A stretch of 64,000 nt of DNA from Candidatus Hydrothermarchaeum profundi (GCA_002011125.2 MTMF02000009.1:1192989-1256988); one strand, 5' to 3'. Positions 40,073 to 51,101 are shown, counted from the stretch's first letter. Program-made: numbers and translations. Notes: generated by a model not told the origin, from the letters alone.

Positions 40073-41386
40073 TCACTCTCTGAATAGCTCTTCCTTAATT
40101 TTTTTGAATAAAAATATTGTACCTATAAGATATGAAAATATTAGTGAAATAACCGCACCATAGATGCCAAAATGCTGTACGAGGTAAAAAGAAAGTATTA
40201 TCATTATAGTTGATATAATTAATATAGTCATGGTAAATATTTTAGCGCCATTCTCTCCTATGGAAACTGCAAACCATGTTAAGAGTGAATAGACAAAAAA
40301 TTGCAATGAACCATAAACAAATAATATTAGCAAAAGAAACTTTAAAGGATATCCCGGACCGTATAGTTTCAAAATCACGAATGATATCAATAGAAGAGCA
40401 GGGAAAAGTGCTGGAGATTTTAATAAGAACATTTTCACCTTTAAAAAAAACTCTTTTTTGTCATGGTGTCGTGATGCTTCTGGGAAAAAAACCATAGATA
40501 TCGTCGTCACGAAAAACCCTACTAAGCTGAAAGTTGAGAAATAATAAGCTTGATAAATCCCGACATCCTCTAGAGACATGAAAAAATTGATGAGTATCTT
40601 GTTGATGTTCTCCGTCACCGATACAGAAAATATACCCAAAACAATGAAAGACGAGAATCTCAGCAAGCTCTTGACATAATCCCTACTAAAAGAAATAATA
40701 AGGTTTTTCCTGAACTCTGGTATTATAATACTGGCAGACAAGACATAGCCGATAATGAAGGCATATACGGGGGGTCTAGCCCCCTGAAAGTGGTCTATGA
40801 AAATGACTACGAAGATGGCAGTTGAGATACCCCATAAGACGTTTATAGCGCTTAATTTTCTCATTTCATTGAGCCCCTGAGATATTTTCTGACTTAAAAC
40901 CCAAAATGTGTAGGCAATAGCCATTACGATCGCCGCATGAAAATAGCGGGGGGAGATTGAGATTAAATTTGCAAAAAAGCCCGCAGTAGAATAGAAAATA
41001 ATAGAAAAAAAGGAAGTAAATAATAAAATGGAAAAGATCCCTGAAGAAAAAATCTTCTTTCTCTCGATATCATTTTCCTCTGGCGCCAAGTATCTAACCA
41101 TAGCTGTCCCAATACCAAATAACATAGGGACGTACAGTAAGTGAGAGACTGATATAATAAGGGCAAATTTCCCATACTCGTCTGCCCCTAGAGACCGGCC
41201 AATATAGACTTGAATGAAAACCGAAAAAAACTTAGATAAAGATAGGGCGGTGAAAACGAAGGTAAGATCCTTCAAAAAATTTTTCGCTCGAGTTCCTGGA
41301 GTACCTCCAAATATTTTCGAGTAAACCCAAAAAATGAATCCTGCAATTACTTCTTTGATCTTGTCCATTGCGTGTATTCTTTTCAA
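40073..41386 (-). CDS. Second oligosaccharide flippase (Wzx/MOP family; likely start 41368)
   Basis: GRSLGADEYG, DVGIYQA, FGIYGA. About 12 TMs. Confidence 0.85.
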   Translation of the reverse strand: MKRIHAMDKIKEVIAGFIFWVYSKIFGGTPGTRAKNFLKDLTFVFTALSLSKFFSVFIQVYIGRSLGADEYGKFALIISVSHLLYVPMLFGIGTAMVRYLAPEENDIERKKIFSSGIFSILLFTSFFSIIFYSTAGFFANLISISPRYFHAAIVMAIAYTFWVLSQKISQGLNEMRKLSAINVLWGISTAIFVVIFIDHFQGARPPVYAFIIGYVLSASIIIPEFRKNLIISFSRDYVKSLLRFSSFIVLGIFSVSVTENINKILINFFMSLEDVGIYQAYYFSTFSLVGFFVTTISMVFFPEASRHHDKKEFFLKVKMFLLKSPALFPALLLISFVILKLYGPGYPLKFLLLILFVYGSLQFFVYSLLTWFAVSIGENGAKIFTMTILIISTIMIILSFYLVQHFGIYGAVISLIFSYLIGTIFLFKKIKEELFRE

Positions 41387-42492
41387 TAATATTTAAAAAT
41401 CTAACCTGCTCATCTTGCTATATGAAATTGGCCATCCTCACTTCTCGATTTCCTCTTAAGGATATTGGAGGGGCAGAGCTCGCGGCTCATTATATTGGAA
41501 AATATGCTTCCATAGAGAACGAGGTATTCATATTAACCAGAAGGCAATTGAAGCCATTAAGAGACGGCTATAGGGTTAGGATGGTAAGATATATCGGAGT
41601 CCCAGCAATCATGAGGTATATATCCACGGTCGTAACTCTTACCATTGAAACAGTGAGGATTAAACCTCAAGCCATCTTCGCTGAGATGTTATACTCTGCC
41701 GGTATGGCGGCAGTGCTATCAGGAAAATTGCTAAGAGTACCAGTTTTTATTCACCCAGGTGGCGAAATTTACTGGACAAGTAAATGGAATTTTTTTGTAC
41801 GATATGTTTTAACCAATGCCACCTTAGTTCTAGCTTTGACCGAGCATATGAAAAAAGAAATTCTAAGATTTGCTCCCCATGCCAACGTAGAAGTATTGCC
41901 AAACGGTGTCGACTTAAAAACCATAGAGATTATTGAAGGTGCAACCGTAAAGCACCCTTGCATACTTTACGCCGGTAGGATGGAAAAAATAAAGGGAGTA
42001 GAGTACCTCATAGGCGCATTTTCAGCTGTAAAGGAGAAAATACCCACTGCGCACCTCTATATAATAGGCTCCGGCCTACTGGAAAGAAACCTCAAGAAGC
42101 TGGCAGATAGGCAAGGTATAGCCAATGTTCATTTTCTAGGCATGCTAGAAAACAGGTTAGTACTCTCATATATGAAATCCTGCGATGTCTTCGTCTTACC
42201 TAGTCTGACTGAGGGATTCCCCTTGGTTTTGGTTGAAGCTATGGCATGTGGAGCTCCTATTGTGGCTACGAATGTAAAAGGTATAAATGAAATTATCGAA
42301 GATGGGAAAAATGGCTTCCTCGTTGGGGCCAAGGATGAAGATGCATTAGCGTCAAAAATAATCACTATATTAACCGATAGCAATCTGAAAAAAGATATTT
42401 CTAAGAACAACGTTGAAAAATCTAGAGAATATGATTGGAAGACAATAACAAAGAAACTAATGGAGAAATTTTCGGAATATGCGACTAAGTAA
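41368..42492 (+). CDS. Glycosyltransferase family 4 (likely start 41422)
   Basis: GGAE, PNGVD, GRM..KG, EGFPLVLVEAMACG. Confidence 0.92.
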   Translation: MRVFFSIIFKNLTCSSCYMKLAILTSRFPLKDIGGAELAAHYIGKYASIENEVFILTRRQLKPLRDGYRVRMVRYIGVPAIMRYISTVVTLTIETVRIKPQAIFAEMLYSAGMAAVLSGKLLRVPVFIHPGGEIYWTSKWNFFVRYVLTNATLVLALTEHMKKEILRFAPHANVEVLPNGVDLKTIEIIEGATVKHPCILYAGRMEKIKGVEYLIGAFSAVKEKIPTAHLYIIGSGLLERNLKKLADRQGIANVHFLGMLENRLVLSYMKSCDVFVLPSLTEGFPLVLVEAMACGAPIVATNVKGINEIIEDGKNGFLVGAKDEDALASKIITILTDSNLKKDISKNNVEKSREYDWKTITKKLMEKFSEYATK

Positions 42493-43948
42493 ATACGACA
42501 AATTTGCTATATTAGTAGCAGTAGTATACTCCCTTATCATATTCTTTATTTCACCCATTCAACTCCCTATTGTAGATGATGCTGGATATGCAGATGTCGC
42601 GCAGAGCATCTTTCTTAGACATTCTTTCCAGACCAATTTTGAAACAGATGTGATAACTGCTCCAGGATTGCCCTTCCTTTTAGCCGGAGCAATGTTTCTC
42701 TTTGGGAATTTATTTATTAAGTCTTTTTTAGTCATCATATCTTTTTCCACAATTATTTCTGCCTATTTACTTGTAAAAGAACTTAAAAATGAGAGAATAG
42801 CGTTCTTTTCATCTTTATTCATGATTTTTATACCGGAGTTCATATGGGCGTCTGGAGTACTACTGTCTGATGTACCTTTCCTACCTTTTCTATTCATGGC
42901 GATGTATTTTTACTTAAAGACACTAAAAGGAGGTAAAAATCTCTCGGCCGCTCTTTGTGGGATTTTCACAGGCGTTTCTATTCTAATAAGATATGTTGGA
43001 TTAGTGTTGCCGTTCATATTCCTCATTCACTACTTGACAGTGAGGCATAAGATGAGGGTATCCTTTACGCAAGTACTCCTCTTCATTCTATTACTCCTGT
43101 CCTCTCTAGCTCCGTGGACTTTAAGGGAGATATCATTTGGCACTTATCCCGGTGCAAGCCATATTGAACGCTTTGAAAAAAGCGAGGTATATGGCGTTTT
43201 TGATATTGAAGTATACTCCGTAAACTATCCTTCTGGGAGCATACGGGAAAGGGGAATTGATATAAACATTAAGACTCCCGTAGAGGCTTTTCTGACTACA
43301 AGAATATTCGGTATAATGATTCTCTATTTGACTCCTGTAGTTGTTATAGTATTTGTAGTTAGACTTTTTAAGATGAAGTATTCATGGGAAGATAAGCTTT
43401 TATTGCTCTGGATTGGAATTTTTATATTGTTTCATATTTTCGTTCCTAACGATTTTTCTGTAAGGTATATATTGCCATTCTCACTTCCGCTTATGGTCAT
43501 ATTTAGTGAGGCAATGCTGGAAATAATACACCGAAAAATAATCATAGCACTTGTTTTAGGAGTTTTTATTATATCATCAAGTACGCTAATGTTCCATGAT
43601 TATAATAATAGGTGGAAAAAAGCAGATACTACGGTTTACATGGAAGCTGGAAAATGGTTGAAAGAAAATACTGAGGAGACGCAAGTAATTTACGGCTTCG
43701 GTGTATCCGAGGGAGCTATACCTTTCTATGCTAATAGGAAATACATTTCACTAGGAGATCCAACTACAACGGAGGATATAATGAGGATAAAAAAAGTCAA
43801 TCCTGAAATATTGCTGGTAGGAAAAATGGAACCGATTTTTCACAGGAAGTTCAATGAAACTAAAGTGATTAACCAGCTTGGAGACTATCATCTTGTGAAA
43901 TCCTTTGAAGATAACAATTTTTATGTCCATATCTATGTGAGGAGGTAG
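42479..43948 (+). CDS. GT-C fold (ArnT/PMT_2-like) membrane glycosyltransferase
   Basis: VDDAGY, PGLP, LSDVP, RYILP, EAGKWLKENT. Multi-TM. Confidence 0.78.
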   Translation: MRLSKYDKFAILVAVVYSLIIFFISPIQLPIVDDAGYADVAQSIFLRHSFQTNFETDVITAPGLPFLLAGAMFLFGNLFIKSFLVIISFSTIISAYLLVKELKNERIAFFSSLFMIFIPEFIWASGVLLSDVPFLPFLFMAMYFYLKTLKGGKNLSAALCGIFTGVSILIRYVGLVLPFIFLIHYLTVRHKMRVSFTQVLLFILLLLSSLAPWTLREISFGTYPGASHIERFEKSEVYGVFDIEVYSVNYPSGSIRERGIDINIKTPVEAFLTTRIFGIMILYLTPVVVIVFVVRLFKMKYSWEDKLLLLWIGIFILFHIFVPNDFSVRYILPFSLPLMVIFSEAMLEIIHRKIIIALVLGVFIISSSTLMFHDYNNRWKKADTTVYMEAGKWLKENTEETQVIYGFGVSEGAIPFYANRKYISLGDPTTTEDIMRIKKVNPEILLVGKMEPIFHRKFNETKVINQLGDYHLVKSFEDNNFYVHIYVRR

Positions 43949-43950
43949 CC

Positions 43951-44619
43951 TTGATAGTAGCTGTTATCCCGGTGTATAACGAAGCATCTACTATTTCACG
44001 TGTAGTTGAGGAAACTAAGAAATATGTGGACTTAGTAGTAGTGGTAGACGATGGCTCTACCGATGGTACTCGAAAAGTGTTAAAAAATTTAAACGGCAAG
44101 GTATTTGTTCATACGCACATCGTTAATAGAGGGGTGGGAGCAGCAACGGCTACCGGTATAACGGCTGCATTGAACTCTGGAGCGGATATTATAGTAACTT
44201 TAGATGCAGACCTTCAGCATAAACCAAGAGATATTCCTAGATTAATCGAACCTATAGTTCGTGGAGAGGCAGATGTTGTTATAGGCTCAAGGTTCAAGAA
44301 GCCTCCTCAGGGCATGCCGTTTACCAAGATAATTGGTAACAAACTGTTGAATTTTATTACTAAGGTATTATATGGATTTGAAAGTACTGATACGCAGAGT
44401 GGATTTAAAGCGTTTAGTAGAAAAGCGGCATCAAAAATTGAGATTACAGTTGATAAATATGGATTCTGCTCAGAAATAATAGGGGAGATTAAGAAAAATA
44501 ATCTGAAGATGAAAGAGGTTCCCATAGATGTTATATATTTAGATAAACAAAAAGGAACCAGTATAATAGACGGCATTGGAATAGCCGTTGATTTGATACT
44601 TAAGAGGTTTAGCAGATGA
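43951..44619 (+). CDS. GT2 dolichol-phosphate sugar synthase (DPM1-like)
   Basis: IPVYNE, DDGSTD, DADLQH, GSRF, DTQSGFKAF. Confidence 0.9.
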   Translation: MIVAVIPVYNEASTISRVVEETKKYVDLVVVVDDGSTDGTRKVLKNLNGKVFVHTHIVNRGVGAATATGITAALNSGADIIVTLDADLQHKPRDIPRLIEPIVRGEADVVIGSRFKKPPQGMPFTKIIGNKLLNFITKVLYGFESTDTQSGFKAFSRKAASKIEITVDKYGFCSEIIGEIKKNNLKMKEVPIDVIYLDKQKGTSIIDGIGIAVDLILKRFSR

Positions 44620-44945
44620 CATTAATACAAATCCTAGGTCTCTTCGTACTTATTGGAATCCTTTTCTATCTTATTAAAAGTGCAAAAAAAAGAGTAGATG
44701 CTGCCATTTTGTTAACTATAATGATTTTTGTGTTGTTGCTCATCATAGCTATTATCCCACAGAAACTTGAGAGTTTTTTAGAGCAGATTGGGTTCTGGAG
44801 ACCCTTTGATGCATTTTTGACACTACTTTCCACGACATCCTTAATTTTAGCATTAAAAATATATCTGAAACAAAAAGAAGCAGAAAAAGCAATCACAAAG
44901 ATTATTCAACACTTGGCATTAAACAAGGAAAAAGAAAATAAGTGA
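44616..44945 (+). CDS. Small 3-TM membrane partner of the DPM-like GT (DUF2304-like)
   Basis: GFWRPFD, C-terminal ITKIIQHLAL. Overlaps the GT2 stop. Confidence 0.7.
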   Translation: MTLIQILGLFVLIGILFYLIKSAKKRVDAAILLTIMIFVLLLIIAIIPQKLESFLEQIGFWRPFDAFLTLLSTTSLILALKIYLKQKEAEKAITKIIQHLALNKEKENK

Positions 44946-44988
44946 AATCTCTTTCTTTAGCATAATTTTATGGACAAACCTTCTCATT

Positions 44989-46566
44989 TTATATTTTTTT
45001 CGTCTTCTTTAAGTATCTTATTTTGTCTTTAATACGTTTTTTCTCATTTTCATTTGATTTTTGGTACACAATAGATCTTTTTGCAGGATCGCTATCTGCT
45101 CTAAAAATCTCTTTTAGGACTCTACCGTCCATATCAGTAGGTATTGATACATCTAGGAGATGCAGAACAGTCGGAGCAATATCAAATATTGTCGCACTAG
45201 TGATTTTTTTCCCACTTCTAAAATCAGGGCCGTATCCAACGAAAATTCCATTTAGTCTATGGGATCCTGTATGAGTTAAAGAAAATGGCTCATTTTTAAA
45301 TAAATAGTTCTTATTTAAGTTTTCCTCTATAATGCAACTCCAATCGTTTATCGTAAATAAGATATCTGGGAGTGTATCTATTTTATCTCCATTATATATC
45401 TTATAAGGATCAAAAAATTTTACTTTAAGATCCTCTCTAATATCTTTATTAATTCTTTTTAGCCCGCTTATAAGTTCGTGTTTCAAATTTTCGAAATTTT
45501 TTGTATTTCTCTTTATATAAATCGCCCCAAAGGGGATAGTATGTCCTATCGAGTAAGCCTTACTTTTTTCAAAATTTATCTGATTCAATGTCGAACCAAT
45601 AATTTCATCACGAATATTTTTAAACATACTTTGAGGTATGAGCTTTTCAAAAACCGAGTAGATATTTCTTAAAAATATTTCATATTTATGGAATATGGCG
45701 TGAAATCCTGACGAAAAGTTTCTCTTTTTACATAAATATCCCTGCCTTTCTAGCCATTTTGCTAAGTTAAAACAGCCTAATTGCGGTCCAAAACCATGAT
45801 CTGAAACAATCAAGATATTTGTGTCTTTACCTACTTTTTTAATGATTTTCGTAAGTGCTAAATCAAACTCGGTCCAAAAACTTAGTAATTTTTCCTCATA
45901 TTCATTTTTGCCAGGATATAATGGATGTTTTTTATCAATATACATCCACATACTGTGTTGAATCCAATCCGTAAGTGAAAATATAGATATCGCAAGACTC
46001 CATTCATACTTTTCAAGTAAATAAAGGTCAACTTTGAGCTTATTGGCTAAAAATTCCTTAATATCTTTCAGATACTTGTTAAAATCTTTATATCTCATAT
46101 AATCTAGATCAATTCTATAGTTTGGTGCAATTTCGAGTATCTCTTGCTTGACGTTTTTAGGAAAAGTAAATTCATCTGCCACAGCAGAACCCAGTCCGGA
46201 TATAAGTATCCCATTTATATTATAGGGGGGATATACCATTGGATAATTGATTATTATTTTTTTTGAGTTGATGCATTCCCAAAAAGGTCTATTTTTCCTA
46301 AAATCATTAGAATTAATAGGTCTTAGTGCATTCCCCTCCTTGATTAGGAAATCGATAACCCCCGTTTTTCCAGGATTTTTGCCGGTTGCTAATGACAGCC
46401 AACTCGCTCCTGTTACGGGGGGAATCGTTGATTTCAAATCTCCAGCTATGCCATTACTTACTAATCTTTTAAGAGTGGGCATTACGTTGGCATTGCATAG
46501 TGGCTCTAAGACGGACCATGTCCCTCCATCTATACCAATAATTAAAAGTTTTCTATTATTACACAT
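44989..46566 (-). CDS. Alkaline phosphatase superfamily (nucleotide pyrophosphatase/phosphodiesterase-type) protein
   Basis: IGIDG, STIPPVT..W...TGKNPG, DWIQH, VSDHGF, TGSH..NG, DIAPT, DMDGR. Confidence 0.88.
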   Translation of the reverse strand: MCNNRKLLIIGIDGGTWSVLEPLCNANVMPTLKRLVSNGIAGDLKSTIPPVTGASWLSLATGKNPGKTGVIDFLIKEGNALRPINSNDFRKNRPFWECINSKKIIINYPMVYPPYNINGILISGLGSAVADEFTFPKNVKQEILEIAPNYRIDLDYMRYKDFNKYLKDIKEFLANKLKVDLYLLEKYEWSLAISIFSLTDWIQHSMWMYIDKKHPLYPGKNEYEEKLLSFWTEFDLALTKIIKKVGKDTNILIVSDHGFGPQLGCFNLAKWLERQGYLCKKRNFSSGFHAIFHKYEIFLRNIYSVFEKLIPQSMFKNIRDEIIGSTLNQINFEKSKAYSIGHTIPFGAIYIKRNTKNFENLKHELISGLKRINKDIREDLKVKFFDPYKIYNGDKIDTLPDILFTINDWSCIIEENLNKNYLFKNEPFSLTHTGSHRLNGIFVGYGPDFRSGKKITSATIFDIAPTVLHLLDVSIPTDMDGRVLKEIFRADSDPAKRSIVYQKSNENEKKRIKDKIRYLKKTKKI

Positions 46567-46755
46567 TTTTCTTTATAAAAAGTACTCTATTTCTTTTAAG
46601 CTATTACAATTTCTATATTTAGTGTAATATCTTGAAATTTAACATACTTTTTACATTTAAAACATACTGGATTCCATTTTTTCATAGACGTTATATTACC
46701 TAGATGATGGTTTGGTATAGCGTTTGTATTCTTGATTGTTGCATGTATAAATTAA

Positions 46756-46953
46756 TTAAAGATAACCAAGTTTTTGGAGGCGCTTTTTTATTTTCTCTTC
46801 ATCTTCTTCGGTCAGGCGCTCTTCATCTTCTTCCTCTTTAACGATCTCTTCAAGAACGAATGTTATATACTCTGAAACGGATTTGAATTCTGTACCTCTA
46901 ATCCTTTTTTCAATTTTTCTATATAGTTCTGGAGATATCTGAATTTTTTTCAT
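46756..46953 (-). CDS. Small CopG/RHH-like protein with acidic linker and RLxxLGY tail
   Basis: F.SVSEYITFVLEE followed by EEDEEKIKKRLQKLGYL. Confidence 0.7.
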   Translation of the reverse strand: MKKIQISPELYRKIEKRIRGTEFKSVSEYITFVLEEIVKEEEDEERLTEEDEEKIKKRLQKLGYL

Positions 46954-47137
46954 CTATTTAAAATTAATAGGTATTGAATAAAAGTTTTTGTTCGTCTAAT
47001 TATCCTCAATTATTTATAAATGGAGATATACAAATCAACTATATTAAATTTCAATAGACTGAGAGGAGTAAAGGCTCTCACATAATAACTCAACTAAAAC
47101 TCAGTTTTGATAATTTCACAAAAGAGAAAAAAAGATG

Positions 47138-48166
47138 TTAAATAAATCTTTTGATAAAACTCCAATAGCAATTTAGAATAGGGTTAAGAATTTTATCTAA
47201 TAGTGGATTTTTAATGCCGCTAAAATCTATAGTACCAACATAAAGTTTCACTATTTCTGAATCAGGTACTTTTCTTTTTGATTGAATTTCTGATCTTTTT
47301 TTTAATGTCTTTCTAATGTATTTTAGATTCCACAGATATCCTTTAACTTTCATCCAAAACCAGCCGGTAATTAGAGCATAACTAAGGATGGATAACTCTA
47401 AAATGAGTAAAGCTGGGGAAATAAGTAATAGAGTCTTCAAGTTATAATTTTTTAGGAGTGTCGTAATCCTATTTCTTTCTAAATAGTAGAGCTTGATTTT
47501 ATTATTAAGATTAAAGGCATATTTGTGGTAGACAATAGATCTAGGAGCAAAATAAATCTTATATCCTGCTAATCTAGTTCTCCAGCTTAAGTCACTATCT
47601 TCACAATAAATAAAATAATCTTCATCAAATAATCCTACTTTTTCCAAAACTTCTCTTTTAAATAGGGAATACCCGCCACAGGCAAAGCTAATTTCTCTTT
47701 TGCCATATTGCCCTTTATCTTCATCGTTGAACCCAATTGACCAAGCATGCCCTAAGTAATTAAGGACTCCACCAGCGGAATCTAAAATATCCCGATTATC
47801 AAATAAAAGGGCTTTGGATGTGCAAGCTCCAATTTCGGGATTAGACTCAGCCACTTTTATAAGCTCCCCAAGCCAGTTTCTATCGACTTCTGTATCTGGG
47901 TTCAGAAAGGCGATATAATCAACTTTATTTTCTAATGCAACTTTAGCAGCTAGATTATTTCCCTTGGCAAATCCGTAATTTTTCTTATTTTCTAAGATTT
48001 TTACTGTGGGAAATTTTTTTTTAACAAAATTTACACTTTCATCGGTAGATCCATTATCACTCAAAATTATCTCAAAATCCTTAAATGTTTGGTTCAGTAG
48101 ACTCGGCAAACAAGTTTCTAAGTGATGCTTCTCATTTGTATTTAAAACAATCACACAAGCTTTCAT
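47138..48166 (-). CDS. Glycosyltransferase family 2
   Basis: DNGSTD, GFAKGNN, LNPDT, FDEDYFIYCEDSDL, VYHK. Confidence 0.92.
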   Translation of the reverse strand: MKACVIVLNTNEKHHLETCLPSLLNQTFKDFEIILSDNGSTDESVNFVKKKFPTVKILENKKNYGFAKGNNLAAKVALENKVDYIAFLNPDTEVDRNWLGELIKVAESNPEIGACTSKALLFDNRDILDSAGGVLNYLGHAWSIGFNDEDKGQYGKREISFACGGYSLFKREVLEKVGLFDEDYFIYCEDSDLSWRTRLAGYKIYFAPRSIVYHKYAFNLNNKIKLYYLERNRITTLLKNYNLKTLLLISPALLILELSILSYALITGWFWMKVKGYLWNLKYIRKTLKKRSEIQSKRKVPDSEIVKLYVGTIDFSGIKNPLLDKILNPILNCYWSFIKRFI

Positions 48167-48214
48167 ACCATCACTTTATTTTCTAAAATTATATAAAGTA
48201 ACATTAATTTACTA

Positions 48215-49093
48215 CTATAAAAGTTCCTTTAATGGCACGAAGTTAAATTTTTTAAAAAGCTCTTCTAGCTTATTTATAGTTGTATGGATCCCATAATAAC
48301 TTATGAAACTGTTCCACTTGGAAATTCCAAGCCTTGGTGTTGATGGGTAAATATCCCTAGGGTGTACATATATGATTGCAGGCCGTCCTTCTTTATTCAC
48401 TTTTTCCACACTATATTTTAGGAACCACTTAGGTAGTACTCGCAGATAGAATCCGCCAGAAAAAGGAATTTTGAACCCGAATTTCTTTAATATCGTAATG
48501 GGAAACTCTACTAAATTCCTATCCGCCTCTAATGTAATATCTTCTCTAGAAGGACTATAGGGGTATAATGGAGCATTAGAGATACCATAAATAGTGGTCT
48601 TCATAGGGAAAACACTTGAATCATACCTATATCCAAATTCCTCTAAGATATCCAATGCCCATTTAGTGCTATTATTCAAAGAGAAATTTGATGCCCGATA
48701 GCCTAGTGGCTTTCTACCGGTTATATCCTGTAGTAAATTGGTGCTTTTTTCGATTTCCTCTCTGAACTCTTCTTGGGTCATTTTATGAAGTGGTCTGTGG
48801 GAATAACCATGGGATGCGATTTCATGTTCCTTAGATATTTCTTTAATGAGTTCTAGATGTTTCTCAGCTAACTTGCCCAGTACAAAAAAAGTTGCTTTAA
48901 CATGATATTTTTTAAGCAATTCCAAAAGAGGCTTTACGGACTCTAGTACTTGATCTTCAAACTCTGGCGAAGACTCTGCCCACCGAATATTATTTGGTAG
49001 TGCTTTATAGAGGTACTCATTACACCACCAGAACTCTAGGTCAACAGTTAATGAATTTTTCATTTTAATTATCCTATTTGCTTTATTAACCAA
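48215..49093 (-). CDS. Polysaccharide deacetylase (CE4, DUF3473-type; likely start 49063)
   Basis: TVDLE, ATFFVLG, HEIASHGYSH, GYRA, YDSS, GGFYLR, YVHP. Confidence 0.88.
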   Translation of the reverse strand: MVNKANRIIKMKNSLTVDLEFWWCNEYLYKALPNNIRWAESSPEFEDQVLESVKPLLELLKKYHVKATFFVLGKLAEKHLELIKEISKEHEIASHGYSHRPLHKMTQEEFREEIEKSTNLLQDITGRKPLGYRASNFSLNNSTKWALDILEEFGYRYDSSVFPMKTTIYGISNAPLYPYSPSREDITLEADRNLVEFPITILKKFGFKIPFSGGFYLRVLPKWFLKYSVEKVNKEGRPAIIYVHPRDIYPSTPRLGISKWNSFISYYGIHTTINKLEELFKKFNFVPLKELL

Positions 49094-50052
49094 GGCCCGA
49101 GTTTTTTTGCCAAGAAGTTCGGCATTAGTTTACTCCAAAGCTTAGAAATACCTCTATACCTTATTTCTTGTCTCTCCTTTAATTCCCTTTTGTAAAATTT
49201 ATAATAGTAAGTCATAGGAACTTCTTCGCCACCCCAGCCCTTTTTAAAGGAATAGACGCCTGAATCTTTCCTAGTCCTCCCGAAATCGAAAACTTTTAAT
49301 CCTGAATCGCATCCTTCTTTGATCATAGACCATAAAAGTAGATTATTAGGTCTTAGATTTTGGTATTTAAGAGAAGAGGTACTAGAATAATAGTAAATTA
49401 TGTCTTCGAAAATAAAAAAAAGCATGCCTGCGATGCGGGTACCCTTATATTCTGCAAGCCTTATTTTACACGTAGGGAGCTTTGAGAGTCTTTCAAAAAA
49501 ATAATATGATTGGGGAGGGCTGCCCAGCTTCTTCATGGTTTCTAAATATAGGTTATAAAAATCCTTTAAATCCATAGAATTACTAGCTTTTTTTACTTCT
49601 ACTCCACTCTTCTTGGCCTTCCTAACCGCATTTCTAGTTTTTTTGTTTAGATTTCTCCAGATCTCTTTCTCTCCCTTACTTAACTCCAGTTTAAAGGTAC
49701 AGTAATCTATTCTACTTTTGAAGCCATTTTCAATGAGAATATTTGTTAATTCACCTCGAGGGCATCTAACCTCAATAAAGTCTAAATTTAGCTCTCTACA
49801 AATATTCCAGAGAACTCCGATCAATTTCTCAACTTCCGTCACTTCCCCACATGGTCCCCCATAGTCAGAGAAGGGAAGAGATATCAATCTATTCCCAAAA
49901 AGCCTACTTTTTACTAAGGCGAGAGGGAATATGGCCCTATCTTCCTTCAGCTTAAAAATCCTATATCCATGAATATCTTCTAGCACCTTAAGCCAAGCTT
50001 CCGATAAGAAGAAGCTACCTTCATATTCACTTATGATGTTATTCCACTCCAT
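49069..50052 (-). CDS. FemAB-related GNAT-fold protein
   Basis: SRLFGNRLISLPFSDYGG, RNAVRKA, PNNLLLW, FDFGR, FKKGWG. Confidence 0.85.
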   Translation of the reverse strand: MEWNNIISEYEGSFFLSEAWLKVLEDIHGYRIFKLKEDRAIFPLALVKSRLFGNRLISLPFSDYGGPCGEVTEVEKLIGVLWNICRELNLDFIEVRCPRGELTNILIENGFKSRIDYCTFKLELSKGEKEIWRNLNKKTRNAVRKAKKSGVEVKKASNSMDLKDFYNLYLETMKKLGSPPQSYYFFERLSKLPTCKIRLAEYKGTRIAGMLFFIFEDIIYYYSSTSSLKYQNLRPNNLLLWSMIKEGCDSGLKVFDFGRTRKDSGVYSFKKGWGGEEVPMTYYYKFYKRELKERQEIRYRGISKLWSKLMPNFLAKKLGPWLIKQIG

Positions 50053-51098
50053 CAGAATCCCGATTTATACCTAAGATAATTTATTCTCTTGTACAAGGGA
50101 AGGAAATAGGGTAGCAGTATTTGTTTGAAAATCTTGTATCTCAAGGGGAAGATAATTCTGTTACTGTATTGCATCTCTTGGACAAACTTGCCTCCAAAAC
50201 CTTTTTTAAAAGTGTATAAACCGTATTTTGGATGTTTTTTATCGGGAATGCAAGGGCTTCCATAAAGATCAAGATATTTGTATCCATTTTCTGATCCCCA
50301 TTTCATCATCTCCCATACTATAAGCGTGTTAGCGTTTAAGCCCCAATATTTTTCTAGCGAGGCATTATTGAAATAGCTTATAGTATCCTTATAAAACAAG
50401 AAAACCGTCTCAGCTATAGCCTTTTCATCGTATTTAGCTATCAAAAATCGTGCAAGATTGTTTGGAGCCATCTCTCTCCAAATTGATTTAAAGTACTTTT
50501 CGGACAGGGGAATCATATTCTTAATATTGACCGCTCTACTTATGTAAACATTATAAGCTTCCTTTAATTTTTCATATGAATCGACTTCTTCCACAGTAAC
50601 TCCAAATTTGATTGCTTTTCTTATGGCATTCCTTGTTTTTTTGTTTAGTTTTTTCCACATTATTTCCTCTGAGGTAAGTTCAACTTTAAAGGAGCAGGCG
50701 ACCGCCAATTCATCAACTTCAAATCCTAGTCTAGAGACCTCCTTTTTAGTTAAAACAAAAGGTGTCCTGAGTTGTATGCCGAAGCAAGATTTATCTTTAG
50801 CAATTCTGCTGATTTTATCTAGAATAAGACTTAGGGCTTTATAATCTATTTTATTTAAAACAGGACCTGAAACTACAAACATTTGCTTTATAAACTTCGT
50901 CCTAGGTATGTAAAAAAAAGTTCCGCCAATTATTGTATCTTTTTCTTTCACCAATAGTAAAGAAACATCAAATCCGCTATTTCTCAAGGATGTAGCAAAT
51001 TCTTTGGTTTGGAATATATTTCCATAAATTGCCTTTTGATTGAAAGAATTCCATTCTTCCCATTCTGAAGGACCAGCGATGTTGGCATCCATTTCCAA
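50052..51098 (-). CDS. FemABX-like GNAT-fold protein
   Basis: NIFQT, GPV, KKTRNAIRKA.K.GV, YLDLYG, GLYTFKKGFGG. Confidence 0.85.
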   Translation of the reverse strand: MEMDANIAGPSEWEEWNSFNQKAIYGNIFQTKEFATSLRNSGFDVSLLLVKEKDTIIGGTFFYIPRTKFIKQMFVVSGPVLNKIDYKALSLILDKISRIAKDKSCFGIQLRTPFVLTKKEVSRLGFEVDELAVACSFKVELTSEEIMWKKLNKKTRNAIRKAIKFGVTVEEVDSYEKLKEAYNVYISRAVNIKNMIPLSEKYFKSIWREMAPNNLARFLIAKYDEKAIAETVFLFYKDTISYFNNASLEKYWGLNANTLIVWEMMKWGSENGYKYLDLYGSPCIPDKKHPKYGLYTFKKGFGGKFVQEMQYSNRIIFPLRYKIFKQILLPYFLPLYKRINYLRYKSGF

Positions 51099-51101
51099 AT
51101 C

